In this document: positions 38,127-52,426 of the stretch, piece by piece
How the letters are laid out: every line of letters starts with the position of its first letter
Numbering within the stretch: the stretch's first letter is position 1
Assembly (NCBI GenBank): GCA_025603075.1
Contig: MU626316.1
Coordinates: 46,699-110,698 of the forward strand
Source: Neoconidiobolus thromboides FSU 785
Taxonomy: Eukaryota; Fungi; Entomophthoromycota
DNA length: 64,000 nt
Direction of reading: 5' to 3'
Position numbers and translations under genes: made by a program
The notes under the pieces: generated by a model
The model's input: the letters and a program-made list of their open reading frames with translations, nothing else
What the model was told of the DNA's origin: nothing
Databases searched by the model: none

Positions 38127-38995
38127 TTAAAAGTTCTTTTTCTTTTCGTCCATAGAAAATCCTCCTGGACCTACAGAGGCTAAAAGTAAGAAACCTCCAA
38201 CAGTAGAGAGGGTTTGGAAGAAATCATATTTAGCATGGTCTCTTTCAAAATGATGATCAGATAAGGACCACCAATTGTTGACAAAAATATTTAGTATACT
38301 TAAGAAAAGTACCATAAAAAGGGCTGACCATTTGGCTTTAAATCCAACAGCAATCATACCACAAGCAACAAGACCAATGACTGAAACAACTGCACGGAAA
38401 AGCGTGAACTCACCAGCAAATACAAAGCCAAGGAAAAGGAAAACAAGGAGGATACGACCAGCCAATAAAATATAAGTTGATTTTTCAGTTTGAGTAATTG
38501 AAGGTAAACCAGCAAATACTTGTTTACGTTTAGCAAGTAAATTTTCAGATAAGAGCATTAAAAGTCCGCCAATAACTGAAAAGTTATAAAGGATAAATTT
38601 AAAGTCAAATACCATACCATAACCAATTGCTTGAGAAATAACAACACCAACTAAGCCAGCGACAGCATATTCAGTATATTTACGTTGTACAGCAAGAGTG
38701 GAACAAATCAACATAAACTTTATATATAATTTTTAAAAAAGTATAATTGAATATTTGAGTTACTTACAATAACGTTTAAACCAAGGAAAACTTCTGGGAC
38801 AATCCATGGCAATCCACGGTGATGTCTCATAAAAAACACTTGTTCAGACCATTGCATAATAATTCTTAAAGAGTCTTCATAAAATGTAACTACAAGAAGA
38901 AAACGAGCAATATTTGCAAAATAAGGCTTAATTGGCGCGGTGATTTGGATTAATTTATCCTCTAACTGGGCAGAGTATTCTTTTACTTGATCCAT
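38127..38995 (-). CDS. ERV29: SURF4-family ER cargo receptor (2 exons)
   Basis: IARFLLVVTFYEDSLRIIMQW, LLAGRILLVFLF, KYDFFQTLSTVGGFLLL, C-terminal DEKKKNF dilysine. Confidence 0.94.
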
Positions 38996-39159
38996 TTCTT
39001 TATTGTTAAAACTATCTTATATTTACAATAGAATTTCCTAAAAAACGGTTTATTAATATATAAAACTAGTATGTTATCTTTTATTTACTTGAATGTTAAA
39101 TAGTTTAATAAAACAAATTATAAAATAAACTTTTGATCTTTATTTATTGTTTGAGTTGC

Positions 39160-39410
39160 CTTAGATTGGATGTGAAGCATTGTTTTGGTTGCTTTACTAG
39201 CCAATCATTTTGAGATAATCACCTTCATCATTTTTTTTTACCCCTTTATGTTTGTTTAACAATATATTAGTGGAGAATCAAGTATACTAATACCCTTTGT
39301 TACGTGGCATCACAAAACTGAGGCATTAAGAGCCAATGGTAGACGGCTTAGATACAATCAACCAATGATAAGTGGAGAGTCACTTTACGATATGCCAACT
39401 TTGATTGGCC
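39160..39410. promoter_or_regulatory. ERV29 promoter: cluster of CCAAT boxes plus GCCACGT (UPRE-like) core
   Basis: ATTGG/CCAAT near 39165, 39201, 39333, 39362, 39404; TACGTGGCA at 39301-39309. Confidence 0.4.
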
Positions 39411-39699
39411 TAAAACATTAACATTAAAATAGAATTTGTCAATTTTGGCTACATTATCTATAATAAATAAGTACTAATGGTAGAATAAAAAGCTTTTGAA
39501 GCTGATGAATTAATTTAGTATATTGATATGAGGCTATAGACATATCAATAGTTAGGTATTAAAATTTCTATTAATAATCAGGGTTCAAAAGGTATCTAAA
39601 TGGTAGTATTATAATAGAAGGATAGATAATTAAAGTTCAACTACTGTATAAAATAAAGAAAGCTCAAGTAATGTAATCATGAAATTTAGCACAAAATTT

Positions 39700-39798
39700 G
39701 GGGATGTATTTTTGTATTCAAGAATTTTACTAGTAATTTTTCTGCTCAAACAGTGCTTCAGAGATGGAAGAAGTAATGAACCCAAAAAAAACACCCTC
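39700..39798 (+). mobile_element. MITE copy
   Basis: TSD ATTT/ATTT. Confidence 0.9.
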
Positions 39799-40278
39799 AT
39801 TTATTATCTCATAACTCTACAAAATATACATACTTTAACCGTTACTCTTAGTATAGAGATAGCTCAGATATATCTAGACAATTGTTACTGTTGAAAAATA
39901 TTTATAAATAAATGATTGGTTATGTATTACCACCTTTGATATGTATAATAACATTTGTTATTTAAATAGCAATTATTAGATAGATGGATTAATAAAGTGA
40001 TTCCTTAGCTATAAATTAGTATTGTATATATAAATAAAATAGATTCGTTTTAACATTTTTACTCTCCTTTTTTTAATTATACGCTTTTTATCAACTTTTA
40101 ATAGTATGGGTATCTTCAACTTATATATTGTTAAAGTAAAGTATAATGTAATTAAAAAGTGATTTATTTTAAATTGCGACTTGCGAGCTTATTAAGAAAT
40201 TCGCAAAAAATTAGGGGTATTGAGTTAGAGTAGTTAGGTTTTTATAGAACTAACTAGAAGTATAAAATACGCCGCACT

Positions 40279-43223
40279 CTACATAGAAGGTGGTGAAGAA
40301 AAATGAGTTGGTATAGGTCTATGTAAACCAAGCTCGTCATCATCCTCTTCATCTTCATCATCGTCTTCATCATCCTCAACGCCCCATCTCGAATTACTAA
40401 AACTATTTGGCTCAAGGTTATTAAAGTGATCTGAAGTTGAACTATTAAGCTAGATAAAATTAATATCCATTATATATATATACATTAAATAGTACCTGTT
40501 CATTAAGGCTCCCTGTTTGAATATTAATTTCTCCTTCAGTACTAGTAATACTATCAGTTATATGATCTAAATTTGAAGCAGTTTTTGAGTCGTTATATTG
40601 TAAATTAGCAGAAGGGGTAGTCAACGTAGAGGGTCCTGGGGAATAATTCGTCATGTTGCCATCTAAAGGTTCCATATCTCTTTTCTTAGTTTCACTTAAT
40701 GCTTGATAAACATATTCTTGCCAACTAGGTGAGTGAGCAAACTTTTGAACCCTTTCACCTAACTCAAAACCAGCACGATCTATAAGCTTTACTGTTTCTT
40801 CAGCAATAAATGTGAGATACCCCATATAACCTAATCGAATTCCACTTGAGTTTGAAGTTGTATTATCATTACTATTCTGAATATTTAAGATACGTTCTGT
40901 AATTTTAGCATTAATAAAGAGAGAAGATATTAGTGACAGATTAGTAATATGGTCCGTAGGTAAATTTAAAACTTGATGGATGATATCAAACACTACTACA
41001 TGAACAAAATTATTCCATGGATAACTTTGGAATAAATCCAAGAACACGATAAGTACATCATTATCTAATATACTTAACTTAGCCCATTCTCCTATTGAAA
41101 TCTTTTTTTCTGTAGCCTTGCTGATACTTAAAGATTCCATTTCCGGAATAGGATTATCATCATTAATTTCTTCTGGCTCTTCTACCTTTTTATCTTCAAC
41201 AAATGAATCTACACTTTCTGATACAGGTTCCTCTGGAGTTTGAGTAGTTTCTTCAGATACACCAAATTGATCAAATTTACCTAATGATGGTTTATCACTT
41301 ACAGAAGGTTTAATTTTTTTAGTTGCTATAAGTGGGACAGGATCAATGAAGCTTTCTAATCCTGGCTTATCTAAGAAACTATCACGTTTTTCAATAAGTC
41401 TATTAATTTCCTCTGCACCCAAAGGTGCGGGCGTGATGTTCAAACTCTTCATATTTGATCCATGTAAAAGTTCAGCAATTAATTCACAAACTTTTAATCT
41501 CTCAAACCCAAGTGGAATAAAAGTACCAGAAGTATTCGATATAGGCTGGTTCTAACGAAATGATTAGTAAAGTAATTAAATGTAAATTAAAAGTATACGA
41601 TTGAACGTGGTTCTCTTAAAAGTTTAACGAAATCAGGGAGCCTTCGAGTAAGAATACTAATTAAAATACCCAAATCAACTAAAGGTGGAGTAGATGTTTG
41701 ACTTGCTGAAAGTGGTGGGCTTGGAGAAGGTGAGCGGGAATTTCTTGCGGAGCTCTGTCCATGGTGGTCAGTATCACTATCTCTAATAAATTAAAAGGTA
41801 TAAAAAATCATTATATATTGCAAAAATATTAATGAACTAAAAATGACAAAAGCTTACAAGAAATGTCTACGAATGATTTCAATAAAAATTGTTACCCCAA
41901 ACGTTAATGAAGATATTAATTGAGATGAAGGCAAGAAAGGATCTTTTTCCAATAACTCGACTGGCAATGGAACATCCAACATATAATATACAATGCGGTT
42001 CAATGTGACTTCACTAATTTGATTGATTAAAACACAAGATTATTAAAAAGACAAACTGAAACCCAAGCAATTTATACTAAAAATTGTATCAAATAAGTTT
42101 ACCTCGTAAGATCTTTAACTAATGAGTAGCAACGTGAGGCATAAGGCTGACCTGTTACTGGATCAAATCCAAAATTGGTTTGTGGATTTCCACTTTGTCC
42201 TGTAGCTGTAGGAGGTGCTTGAGAAATAGCTAAAATATGTAAAAGGACCTGTGATACATTAGAATGGATATCATATCCATATTTAGGATCCATACGATCA
42301 ACTAACATCTGAATAAGACCTTGAGCATGGAGCCATTCTGCAACTCCTTGTCCATCGGACATCTCCTCCAAGCATAAAAGCTTCAATAATATATCTAAAA
42401 CCATAGTATCATCTAAATGATCTAAAATGGATTTTACAGTATCCTTTTGTTCATATAAAAAGGCTAAAGCTTGACGCGTCCGGCGCGCAATTAACGAAGT
42501 GAAAATACGCCCAAAAGCAAGAGATAGGTGAGGTGGTATTTGAGTGTTTGGAGGCAAATAAATGATATCCCAGAGCTTTTGAAGTGCATTATCAGGATAC
42601 CTCAAGATGGTATCTTGTATAATAAGGTTCTCAAAGGCTAGAATTTCTAAACTGATTAATGCAAGTTTCCTTTTTCCAGCCGCTAGTTCCTCTTCAGCTT
42701 TAGAAGAGTTTTCCACAAATGCCCCTACACCAGTTGATATGATTTCGTCATCTAGGATATTAGATGAGCTACTTGTTTCTTTTTTTGAGTCATCTTCATT
42801 AGAATCATTTGTTTCTTCTTTCTTATTGATTCCTTCCTCAGCTGAGCTTCCTTGCTTTTGAGCTTGTTTATTCCCTGGAGCAATTCCATTTTCAAAAACC
42901 CAATTAAAAAGTTTAGCAATTACTTCGGGTTTACTTAGCCTAAATTATATTAGTTAATCATCGAAATTGAATAATAGAATAAGGTTTTTTATATATAATA
43001 TTTACCAGTGAAGCAATCGGTCATTTCCTTTTTTCAATTCCTGTAAAAGCTCAGCGTCTTTAAGTACGGCTTCCAATTCATTATCCCAAGCATGAGATAT
43101 AGATTCAGAGTCAGTAGATTGGTCATCAGATGAAACCCTCGTGTCTTCCTCAGCTTGATCTAATTTATCTAAAAGTGTTTCGAAACTAACAGCGTTGGCT
43201 TGAAATGCAAATCTCCAAAACAT
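40279..43223 (-). CDS. SIT4/PP6 phosphatase-associated protein (SAPS domain, multi-exon)
   Basis: MFWRFAFQANAVSFETLLDK, LLQELKKGNDRLL, PLGFERLKVCELIAELLHGSNM, FQSYPWNNFVH, RLGYMGYLTFIAEE; acidic C-terminal exon. Confidence 0.92.
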
Positions 43224-45293
43224 TTTTTTAATTTGATATAACCTGAATGTTTTAAATTATTCTCTTAGTTATAATTTTATGGAAATCTAAAAGAAAAGAG
43301 TTACATTTATGATATAAGCTTCGATAAATTAAGGATTATATTTGGTCATTTAGGGTAAAAATATGTTTATAAAAAACTAACCTTATTTCCGTCCAAAGTG
43401 AGTATTATAAAGTGGCCCTTTGTAAACGTGTAAAAATATGAAAAGTAAATTAACTATGATTAGTGCGTTGTATATCACTTTGATATACTTGCTAATGATA
43501 AATTTATATTTACAACCGTATAAACAATGATTTGTATTCTAATTTTCCTAAGTGACTTCTTTAGATTTATAATAATGCTTACACTAGCCAATAAAATATT
43601 ATTGCGTTCTTTTTTGCAGAACTTAGAGTGGGGATAAAAAGTCAAATCTGCATAAAAGATACTGTGACTATTTTTAAGATCATTTTTACTAAAACTTGGA
43701 TTTAATCCTCTAATTCTTGGGTATATTCTATCACAGATTCACAAATTTACAAATCATACGGCAATTACAACTTGAAATTCAAAAACTATTGAATTCTAAT
43801 AGTCATTAATGATAAATAAAGTAGTATATTAAAATTTATTTACATTTCGCTATAAAATTAAAAGTCATTATTTCATATCAAAATTCAAAGCCTTCGTAAT
43901 TTCGTGGAATAATAAAAAGGTCAATAAATCAAGCCTAAATTATAAATTATTACCATACAAATTATTACATATGAAAAATATAGATGTAAAAATTTGGCTA
44001 TATTGTTTTATAAATGATTAGTAGTAGTGTTGTTCAATATAACTTAAAAACAAAAACATTAATCTTTGTAACGACCATTTTATTTTATTTACATTTAATC
44101 AAATGTCATTAGAAATTATGGAAATCTAATTTAATTTAAATAGAAATTACTACGAACAGTAAATACGAAACGCCTTTTTATAGATAGCAATTATCTATGA
44201 AGTTAATATTAAAATTGACATATTATATAAATTATAGGATGTTAGATAACATAACATTTACCTTGTTTTTTACTAGTTAAAAACATTAGCAGGATTAGTA
44301 ATTGGATATCTCTACTATGAAATAAAAATACAATTTGTCATTTAAAGATTGATTAATAGTATCTTCTAAAATAATGATAAGAAAAGTATAATTACAATTT
44401 TGTATTTTTATGTTGTCGCAATATATCGATTCAACTGTTTAAGGACTTTTAAAAAAAATCAGCAATGAATGTATTTTAAGGTTCAAATAATCTTTTAAAT
44501 AATAAAATATTGGCATTAAATTTAAAATACGAACTGAACACACAATTAAATTAAATAATATAATGAAGGCTTTCAAGAACTAAAACTATAATAGAGTTTA
44601 ACTTTTTAAGTATATTTTCAAACTAAATCCAATGTTAAAGGCTAGATTAAATAAAATCTCAACGAGTAGCTACAAAGAAATCTATACAGTTTTGATTTAA
44701 TTAATCTACAATTTAAATGTAATAAATTATTGTTATTGATAAGAATATACTTAATATATACCATTTAAAATAACATGATATAAAAACTATGTATAATTTT
44801 AGGATTTTAAATTTGATCTCTGCTCAAATTAGAAGTTAATTGTCGTTATTGAAAATTGTACTCAAAGTATAACACTAAATTACTGAATATCTGATCTAAA
44901 ATTTAATTTTAATTTTTGAAAAATTGTAAAGGTGAAATAAAATTTAAGTAACATGAAGTTGAAGGCACTTTTGATTGGGTAAAAGTCTCTTTCATACTTT
45001 GCAAAATAATAAAACGTTCCAAAACTAATCCAATCAGTTACTTTTTGCAACATAACAACCAATAAATTTAAATATAAGAAAAATGTAATATTTGAGTATC
45101 CAATCAATTTATTAGGAATCGAAATCACAAGGATAGCATGAGTCATAGTTATTCTCTACACACCAACCTTTTAAACTTAGCTTTAAAAATAATAAATACC
45201 CTTGATGCCCGTTTTTAAAGCAAAAATTTTAATTCATTTATTTACTTTCCATTTAAACGCGGAAAAATAAGTTAGTGATTAAATAAATTAAAA

Positions 45294-45668
45294 ATGATCA
45301 ACTACCCTTTAACCGCGTCAAATGGTAATAATGAACCATCATGTTTATGTCAAAACACTTTTGTTCAATCTCGTCCATTAAAATCACGTATTGCTCATCT
45401 TCGTGACGAAGCTGTAAAAATCGATAAAAGTTTATTAGTTGAAAGTATGGTATCAAAAAGTATCAATGTATCAGCAGTCGCATTACAATCGCCTCTTTCT
45501 TTTAAGACATCAAAAAGAAGTGATCTACCATCTCATCTTAAACGTCAAGGTTGTGAAATTCAAGAAGATTGTTTAAGAGGGAATGGAGCTGACAAATCTT
45601 CATATGGGTATTTAGGAAGTATTGGATCCTTCAAGGCTTTTAAAACGTATAATTTAATTTGTATTTAA
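45294..45668 (+). CDS. Small hypothetical protein, paralog of 46364-46744
   Basis: Shares P.KSRIA.LR.E.VKI and SPLS.KT.KRSDLP.HLKR with its neighbour. Confidence 0.72.
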   Translation: MINYPLTASNGNNEPSCLCQNTFVQSRPLKSRIAHLRDEAVKIDKSLLVESMVSKSINVSAVALQSPLSFKTSKRSDLPSHLKRQGCEIQEDCLRGNGADKSSYGYLGSIGSFKAFKTYNLICI

Positions 45669-46363
45669 TATTAATAATATTTAACTTTCTATTAGTCAAA
45701 ATGTTACATTTGCTTCAGTGAAGTTGACTTTTGAACCTAATAATCAAAATTCGGTTGAACTGGAATAGTTAATAGAGCTAAGTTCTTAGTTCATTGTGAA
45801 TATCGAATTTAAATATACCACAGCTCAGTCTTTATGCTAAAATAACACTTATCAAAATTCATAAGTTTGATATTGTCTTGATCTAGGAAAAGGTCATGTT
45901 TATTTAAAAAATAAAAGAGATTTTTATTTACTATATTATAATTGCTATTTTAAATTATTTATTCAACACTAAAAAGATGGTATTTGGAATAAATTGATAA
46001 ACACTATTATTATACGAAAGAATTAATACAGTAATTATCAGTATGATGTTATTTGTAATTACGTTAGAATCTTTAAAGATGGTATTTTATTTTGCAGCTT
46101 TAATTAGCAAAAATTTACTATTAACTGGTAATAATTTATCACCGTTAATAATATTTTTTTACTTCTTTCAGTTAAACTAAACAAATTACTACTGAGTCAA
46201 TAAACTGTTAGTATTACACTTTAATGTTAAAATACAATTGAAAATATAATAATATTTAACAATAAATTATTTTTATTCAACAAAAGGCAAAAGCATAGTC
46301 AAAAGATAAACTGATAAGAAAAGATTTAGCTCTTTGAACTATTTCGGTTAGGAGTGTTTTTGA

Positions 46364-46744
46364 TTAACAACTTATATTGTAGTTAGGTAAACCAAAGCCG
46401 CTAATTCTGCGCAACTTTTGGTTTGGTTCATTATACCTTGCAGCAAGACCTCTCATTTCTGGAAGTTCTTCTTCATCAGATGAGTCAATCTCTAACTCAT
46501 ATGAGCGACGCTTAAGATGAGGTGGAAGATCAGAACGCTTCACAGTTTTGCATGAGAGAGGCGAATTAGTAGATGGTAAAACCAAACCACTACCAACGCT
46601 TAAGCTTCTTGCAGAAGGGGCATCTATTATTAAAGCACGTTCAATCTTGACATCTTCATTACGTAGTAAAGCTATACGTGACTTGAATGGATGAACTTTA
46701 TTATTTAAAAAAGTAACATTAACATTTGAAGTAATATTGTACAT
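46364..46744 (-). CDS. Small hypothetical protein, paralog of 45294-45668
   Basis: Same shared motifs; intronless ORF with higher GC than the flanks. Confidence 0.72.
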   Translation of the reverse strand: MYNITSNVNVTFLNNKVHPFKSRIALLRNEDVKIERALIIDAPSARSLSVGSGLVLPSTNSPLSCKTVKRSDLPPHLKRRSYELEIDSSDEEELPEMRGLAARYNEPNQKLRRISGFGLPNYNISC

Positions 46745-48806
46745 AACTTTATTTGTATTTGTGAAAAATAATAGAGCAAAAAATCAAAGATTTTTTTTAA
46801 AAAAAAATAATTTGATGAAAGGAAAATCAAGGGTATTTATTATTTTCAATTTGCTTAGTTATTTAAGGAGGGTGTATTTTTGAATAAAATTCAGTCATAA
46901 CTCAACCACTTGATTTTTCATTTCTGATTTTTTATCGGACCAAAATTTTAAATTATGTCATAACGGAAAAGTTATATGAAAATCTTACTAAATTGAGATT
47001 TCAAGTAACTTTTTTATATCAATTAGTGATCATGGGGCTGAATCATAATACATTACTATTCTGTATTCAAGAACACATTAGTTGCACCAACAAACTAGAT
47101 TATGTTATTAGCTTAATTAATTGGTGTAGAGTATTTCCGCCTTATGCTTATTTATATCATTAAAATGGGTATAATATATTATTTTATTGTACAAGAAATA
47201 TTATCAAATACTCGATAAAGAATAACGAGATTTAAAAGATAATAAAATATATTAGATATATTAAATGTACTAAATATAAATTTTATTTAGGAAGACTACG
47301 TTTAAATTTGGAAAACAAAAAAACTAAGTGTTAAGGGGTTATGGGGCAGCATTTATTATTTAAGTCACTAATCTATCGTTTATTTATATTAACGAATGAA
47401 ATAGATATTTGATAGTTTGAAGTTAATATCATTGGTTATGGAAACCATACTTTTATTTTGATTACTGAATGTTTGACTCTAAACCGGAGAAATAATCGAA
47501 GTTCGTTGTTTTAGATAAAACAATATTATTAAATTTTTAATATAATTAAATCTATGTCATCACTTCATTAACTCTAATTCAGTTAATAAACAATGGAAAT
47601 ATGGTTAACTAGTCTTTAAAAAGCTAAATATTAGTTTATAGTATTATTTTTTAGAAAAAGGAGTTAAAATTTACATTATTCAATGGAAATTGTGTAAATT
47701 TAATACATAAAAGCATAACTTAATCTTAATAAAAATAAGAAGCTAAAGGATCAGTGTATCTATACTATACTGTTTATAATAAGAATATAATAAAATACAC
47801 AACAGTAAACTTAATTTTCTATTTTTTGATACCAAAATGGCGCGTTTTAAATTAAGAATAAAAATACTATTAAATTAAAAGCACACAATGTGTTAATTAA
47901 AGATTTAAATAAACTATCTTTTAGTCATTGTTGAGGTTTAGGTTAAAAATAACATAATTACTATAAAAGTTATTATTAGTTTAATAGTGTTATATTTTTG
48001 ATATTAATTGAATAGTAGTTCAATGCCTTAAGTTAATCTTGTTTTGTTCTTTTCTCTTAATGAAAAATAAATTAATTATGTTTCGTCTAATGGTATTACT
48101 TTCAAAATATTGCTAATTTAATCTTTATTCAATTCACAATCAAAAATGGTCATATTGTTAATAATAGTTATACATTAATTTATTATCTACAATTTATTTT
48201 ATTACTCCACCTTCCTTAATTTACACTATTGCAGTAATAAGTCTAATTTCTTATTTGGAATATTATTCCATTCAATTCCTAATTGAAGGTGTAGTTTAAT
48301 TGATCCCATACCACATAGAACAAATTGATTATCATAACAACTTTCTACTAATTTCAATTGGTTCCATTTCATCCATTTCAATAATAGAAACAGTATAAAT
48401 TTTAATTACAATGATAGTCAGCCTCAATCAAAATGTAAAATTGAGACCTGTTTTAAAGGTGATAAAAGTAAATAATTACTTTCCTAACTTTTACTATCTT
48501 AATTCATGTTTGCAACTCAATTTTATTATTAAAAGGAAAAGGAAAGGCAATATCACTTATTTTATATAAAATAGTTAAAGGAAACAAAACAAATATAAAT
48601 AGTAATCAACTATTCCGAAATATATATAGTATATTTGTTTTATATTGAATGATAAAAATATAAAATGACTCAATTTAAAAATAAAAAGAATGAAGGAAAA
48701 TCAAAAGAGCTGTCACAAACAGATAAGCTCTACATATTTCAATAAAAAACAAACGCTTAATTATTAACGAAGAATCCTTAGGAAAGTGATGAATTTATCA
48801 ATGGCT

Positions 48807-49381
48807 TCATGATTTATTATTTTTTAACCATTCATTCTGTTCTAATTCCAAAGCATTAATTCTAGAATCTAAGGCATTAGCTTTTTTATCTACAAAGTTG
48901 ATCAAATCCTATAGCTAATTAAATATCTTTTTATAAACATAAATAAATTAGTATTACTTCTAGTTGATCCACTTGTTTAAATGCTGAAGATAAATGATCA
49001 GTTAGCTTATTTAAAGAAGCTTGAGTATTATCGTTAAATAAATCTTGGTTCTCTATCTATTTTGTTTATAATATTTAACTTAATCATTTAAATTAATTAA
49101 TTAAACTTACTAATTCCAATTCTTCAATGGCATTCTGGGAGTTATGTGATTGCTCTTTTAATAGGGAATTTAAATCATTATACTAATTGAGTTTTATTTA
49201 ATAAGCTTGGTTTTAATAATAGAATATTTACTCCTTCTATATTTAATTCATTATGTTCTAAATTACTATCTTTTAACAGTTCGCTTAAATCTATAAAAAC
49301 ATCATTTACTTTGTATTACATTAACCATTTATTTATTCTCTTACCATTGTTTATCATATCCTGAACTTCTTTTTGACTCAT
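48807..49381 (-). CDS. Small coiled-coil protein, possibly BLOC-1 subunit CNL1/BLOC1S4-like (multi-exon; absent from ORF track)
   Basis: Spliced reading MSQKEVQDMINN...LTDHLSSAFKQVDQLE|DLINFVDKKANALDSRINALELEQNEWLKNNKS*. Family assignment rests on recalled resemblance only. Confidence 0.5.
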
Positions 49382-49641
49382 TTTACTATTCTTATATTAT
49401 GAATTGCTATTAAATATCCTTTAGACTTTTTTTTAGATTATCACAATGAGAAAGTTAAAATAAATTATAACGTAATCTTAATTCTTTAGAAATTTGAGTG
49501 TTTTGGTTTAAAATTAAATTTTGCAATGATTCTGTTATTTTTATGAATGCATATTAATTAATAATAAAATAAAATAATATATAATATGATTTTATTGATA
49601 GTAGTCTTTTTAAAATAAGCTTTAAAACATTATTTAAAAAA

Positions 49642-52426
49642 TTAGGACATAGTTTTCTGCTGTAAGCTTTCCAATCTTACTCTTACTGCATTCGAATGAG
49701 CTTCTAAACCTTCGATCTCTGCCAAATGCATTACTATTGGACCCAAATCTCTGATCCCTTCTTTACTTAGATATTGGCTAGTAATGTACTTTTGAAAGGT
49801 ACTAGTGCCAACACCAGAATACATACGAGCATAACCATAAGTTGGTAATGTATGATTTGTGCCTGAGGCATAGTCTCCACAGCTAAATCAACAAGTTAAT
49901 GGTATATTACTATAAAAATATAAATTTAATTACCTTTCTGGCGAATAATGTCCCAAGAAAACTGAACCTGCGTTAACAATTTTATCCATCCACTGATGAG
50001 GTTCATCGGTCTGAATAATTAAATGTTCTGGTGCATAATCATTAGAAAAGGCAATGGCTTGTTCTTGGTTCTCAGTTGTTAATAAGAAAGAGTGTGCTAG
50101 AGATTTTTCAATGATATCTTTTCTGGGCAATACTTTTGCTTGAGATTCAACCTCTTTAAGGATATCTTGAATTTTAGCTTCATCCAAACCAACTGTAACT
50201 AATACCGATTGCGAGTCTTCTCCGTGTTCTGCCTGTGATAATAAATCAGAAGCAACAAACTTTGGGTTTGAAGTTGCGTCTGCAATAACAAGTATTTCTG
50301 AAGGCCCAGCTGGCATATCAATACTTACTAAGTTACTTGGGTCATTTTGTACAATCATTTTAGCGCAAGTAACATATTGGTTGCCGGGTCCACATATTTT
50401 ATCTACCTTTGGTACAGTATTTGTGCCATAAGCTAAAGCAGCTACTGCTTGTGCTCCACCAGCTTTCAAAATGTGAGTTGCTCCTACTTTTTCAGCTACA
50501 TAGACCACTTCTGGTGCAATTGTACCATCTTTTCTAGGAGGAGTTGCAAAAATAATTTCACTACACCCAGCTACTTTAGCTGGAATACCTAACATCAAAG
50601 CTGTAGATGGTAAAACTGCAGTACCCCCAGGAACATATAAGCCTACTCTTTCAATAGCCCTAGAAAATCTAGTACAAATAACCCCATTACTAGTCTCAAC
50701 CTCTAGAATCGTATCTTTTTCTTTTTGTGCCAAATGAAACTTTAATATATTTTCATAAGCCTTATCAATTGCTTGCTTAGTTTCTGGACTTAATTTCATG
50801 AATTTGGATGGGAAAGGAGCAACCATACATGTTTCTTCTAACTCTACTTGGTCAAACTTGGCGGTAAATTCCAATATAGCGCTATCCCCTTTTTGTCTTA
50901 CTTCTTGAAGGATTGGATCCACTCTATTGAATATCTCTTTATTGTTTAAAATTGGTCTCTTCAAAAGAGATTGTCTTTCATTTTCTGATATTTCATCGTG
51001 ATTATAAGTGGTTAATTGATAAGGTAGAGGCCAGGTGGGTTCTTTAACTTTAAATATATCGGGTGTAGGTAACTTGGCTTTCATTTGATTAAGATCTAAA
51101 TTCTTATTATCAATTTTTGGTAACCATTTAGGCTTAGCATCTCCAGCACGTCTTTGCACTTTCAATGATTTCTTTTGTAAATTATTTAACACTTCTCCTA
51201 ATCTGCTTCCAACCATCGCACATTTTACCATTAAAAAATACATTAAATCTGCCGCTTCGAAAGTTACATCATTTTTATTTTCTGCCTGGCATAATTCTTC
51301 AGCCTCCTCCATGATCTTGGAATTTAACAGCGATGGATCCGTGAACAATCTATGAGTGTATGATCCTTCTGGAGCCGAATTTTTACGACTTTGGATTGTT
51401 CTTTCTAATTCAACTAAACCATTTCCTTTTCCAAAACATGTAAGGGTTTCGAGATGGCAAAAACCTAAATATTTATAATTTGTAATTATCTATATTAATA
51501 TGATGATGATAAATACCTGAACCATGTTGGATGACAGTAAATTTTAATGTATCAAAGTCGCAATCCATCTCTATTTTCAACAAATGCTGATGGGAACCTG
51601 AAGTAATCCCTTTATGCCATAACCCTCTTTTACGAGAAAAATAAACACCCTGGCCTGTCTTTAAAGACTCCAAAACTGAAGAATAATTTGAATATACCAA
51701 ACCTAAACAAGTCCCTAGTTGATCAACTACACAAGTAGAAATTAATTGATCTTCTCTATCTGATTTAACTGGTGCCAATATTGCTTCTGCTAGGTTGAGT
51801 TTTTCATCTTTTCCTGGCTCTTCAGTAATCTCATCCAAAGTAAGTTGATGAGCTGGGATAATCGCATCTATGTTATTGTTTTTAAGCTGACTTAACATAC
51901 TTTTTTCGGGAAAACACAAGTTTTGAACTAGCCATTGACCGTTATATTGTTTACTTTGACTTTGAGATAATTGCAATATTAAAGTATTTGAGTTTAATTC
52001 AACGTTGTTTGAATGAAACCCAATGGTACTAAAATGGGGCAATATGATAGGCAAATTTGCTAAAAAATCTTCTTTTAGCGTTTTGTAATCAAGTAGGCAA
52101 CCAAATCTTTCTTTTGGAAATGAGGGCGCGATTGTTAGCAAATCTTTCAGATCATGGCTTTCTTTACACCACATTATCACTTGCTTGATTCCAATATCCA
52201 AAAAATTAAAAGCCAAATCACTATGACGTACATCTAGTAAAATACTAAAGTTAAATGGTTCGCTAAGCTCTTTGATATGCTGGATTACTTGATTAAAACC
52301 TTCCTCCTCCTGACCGCTCAAGTCAACTAATATGCTAGGCAGGTATTTGATTGCTGACAATAGTTTGTCTTCATTTGAGCTATATAAAGAAAAGAATTGC
52401 TCTAAGGTAATTAAAGGAAGTACCAT
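49642..52426 (-). CDS. HIS4: Trifunctional histidine biosynthesis protein (HisI-HisE-HisD, 3 exons)
   Basis: [94 protein letters not shown]. Confidence 0.97.
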
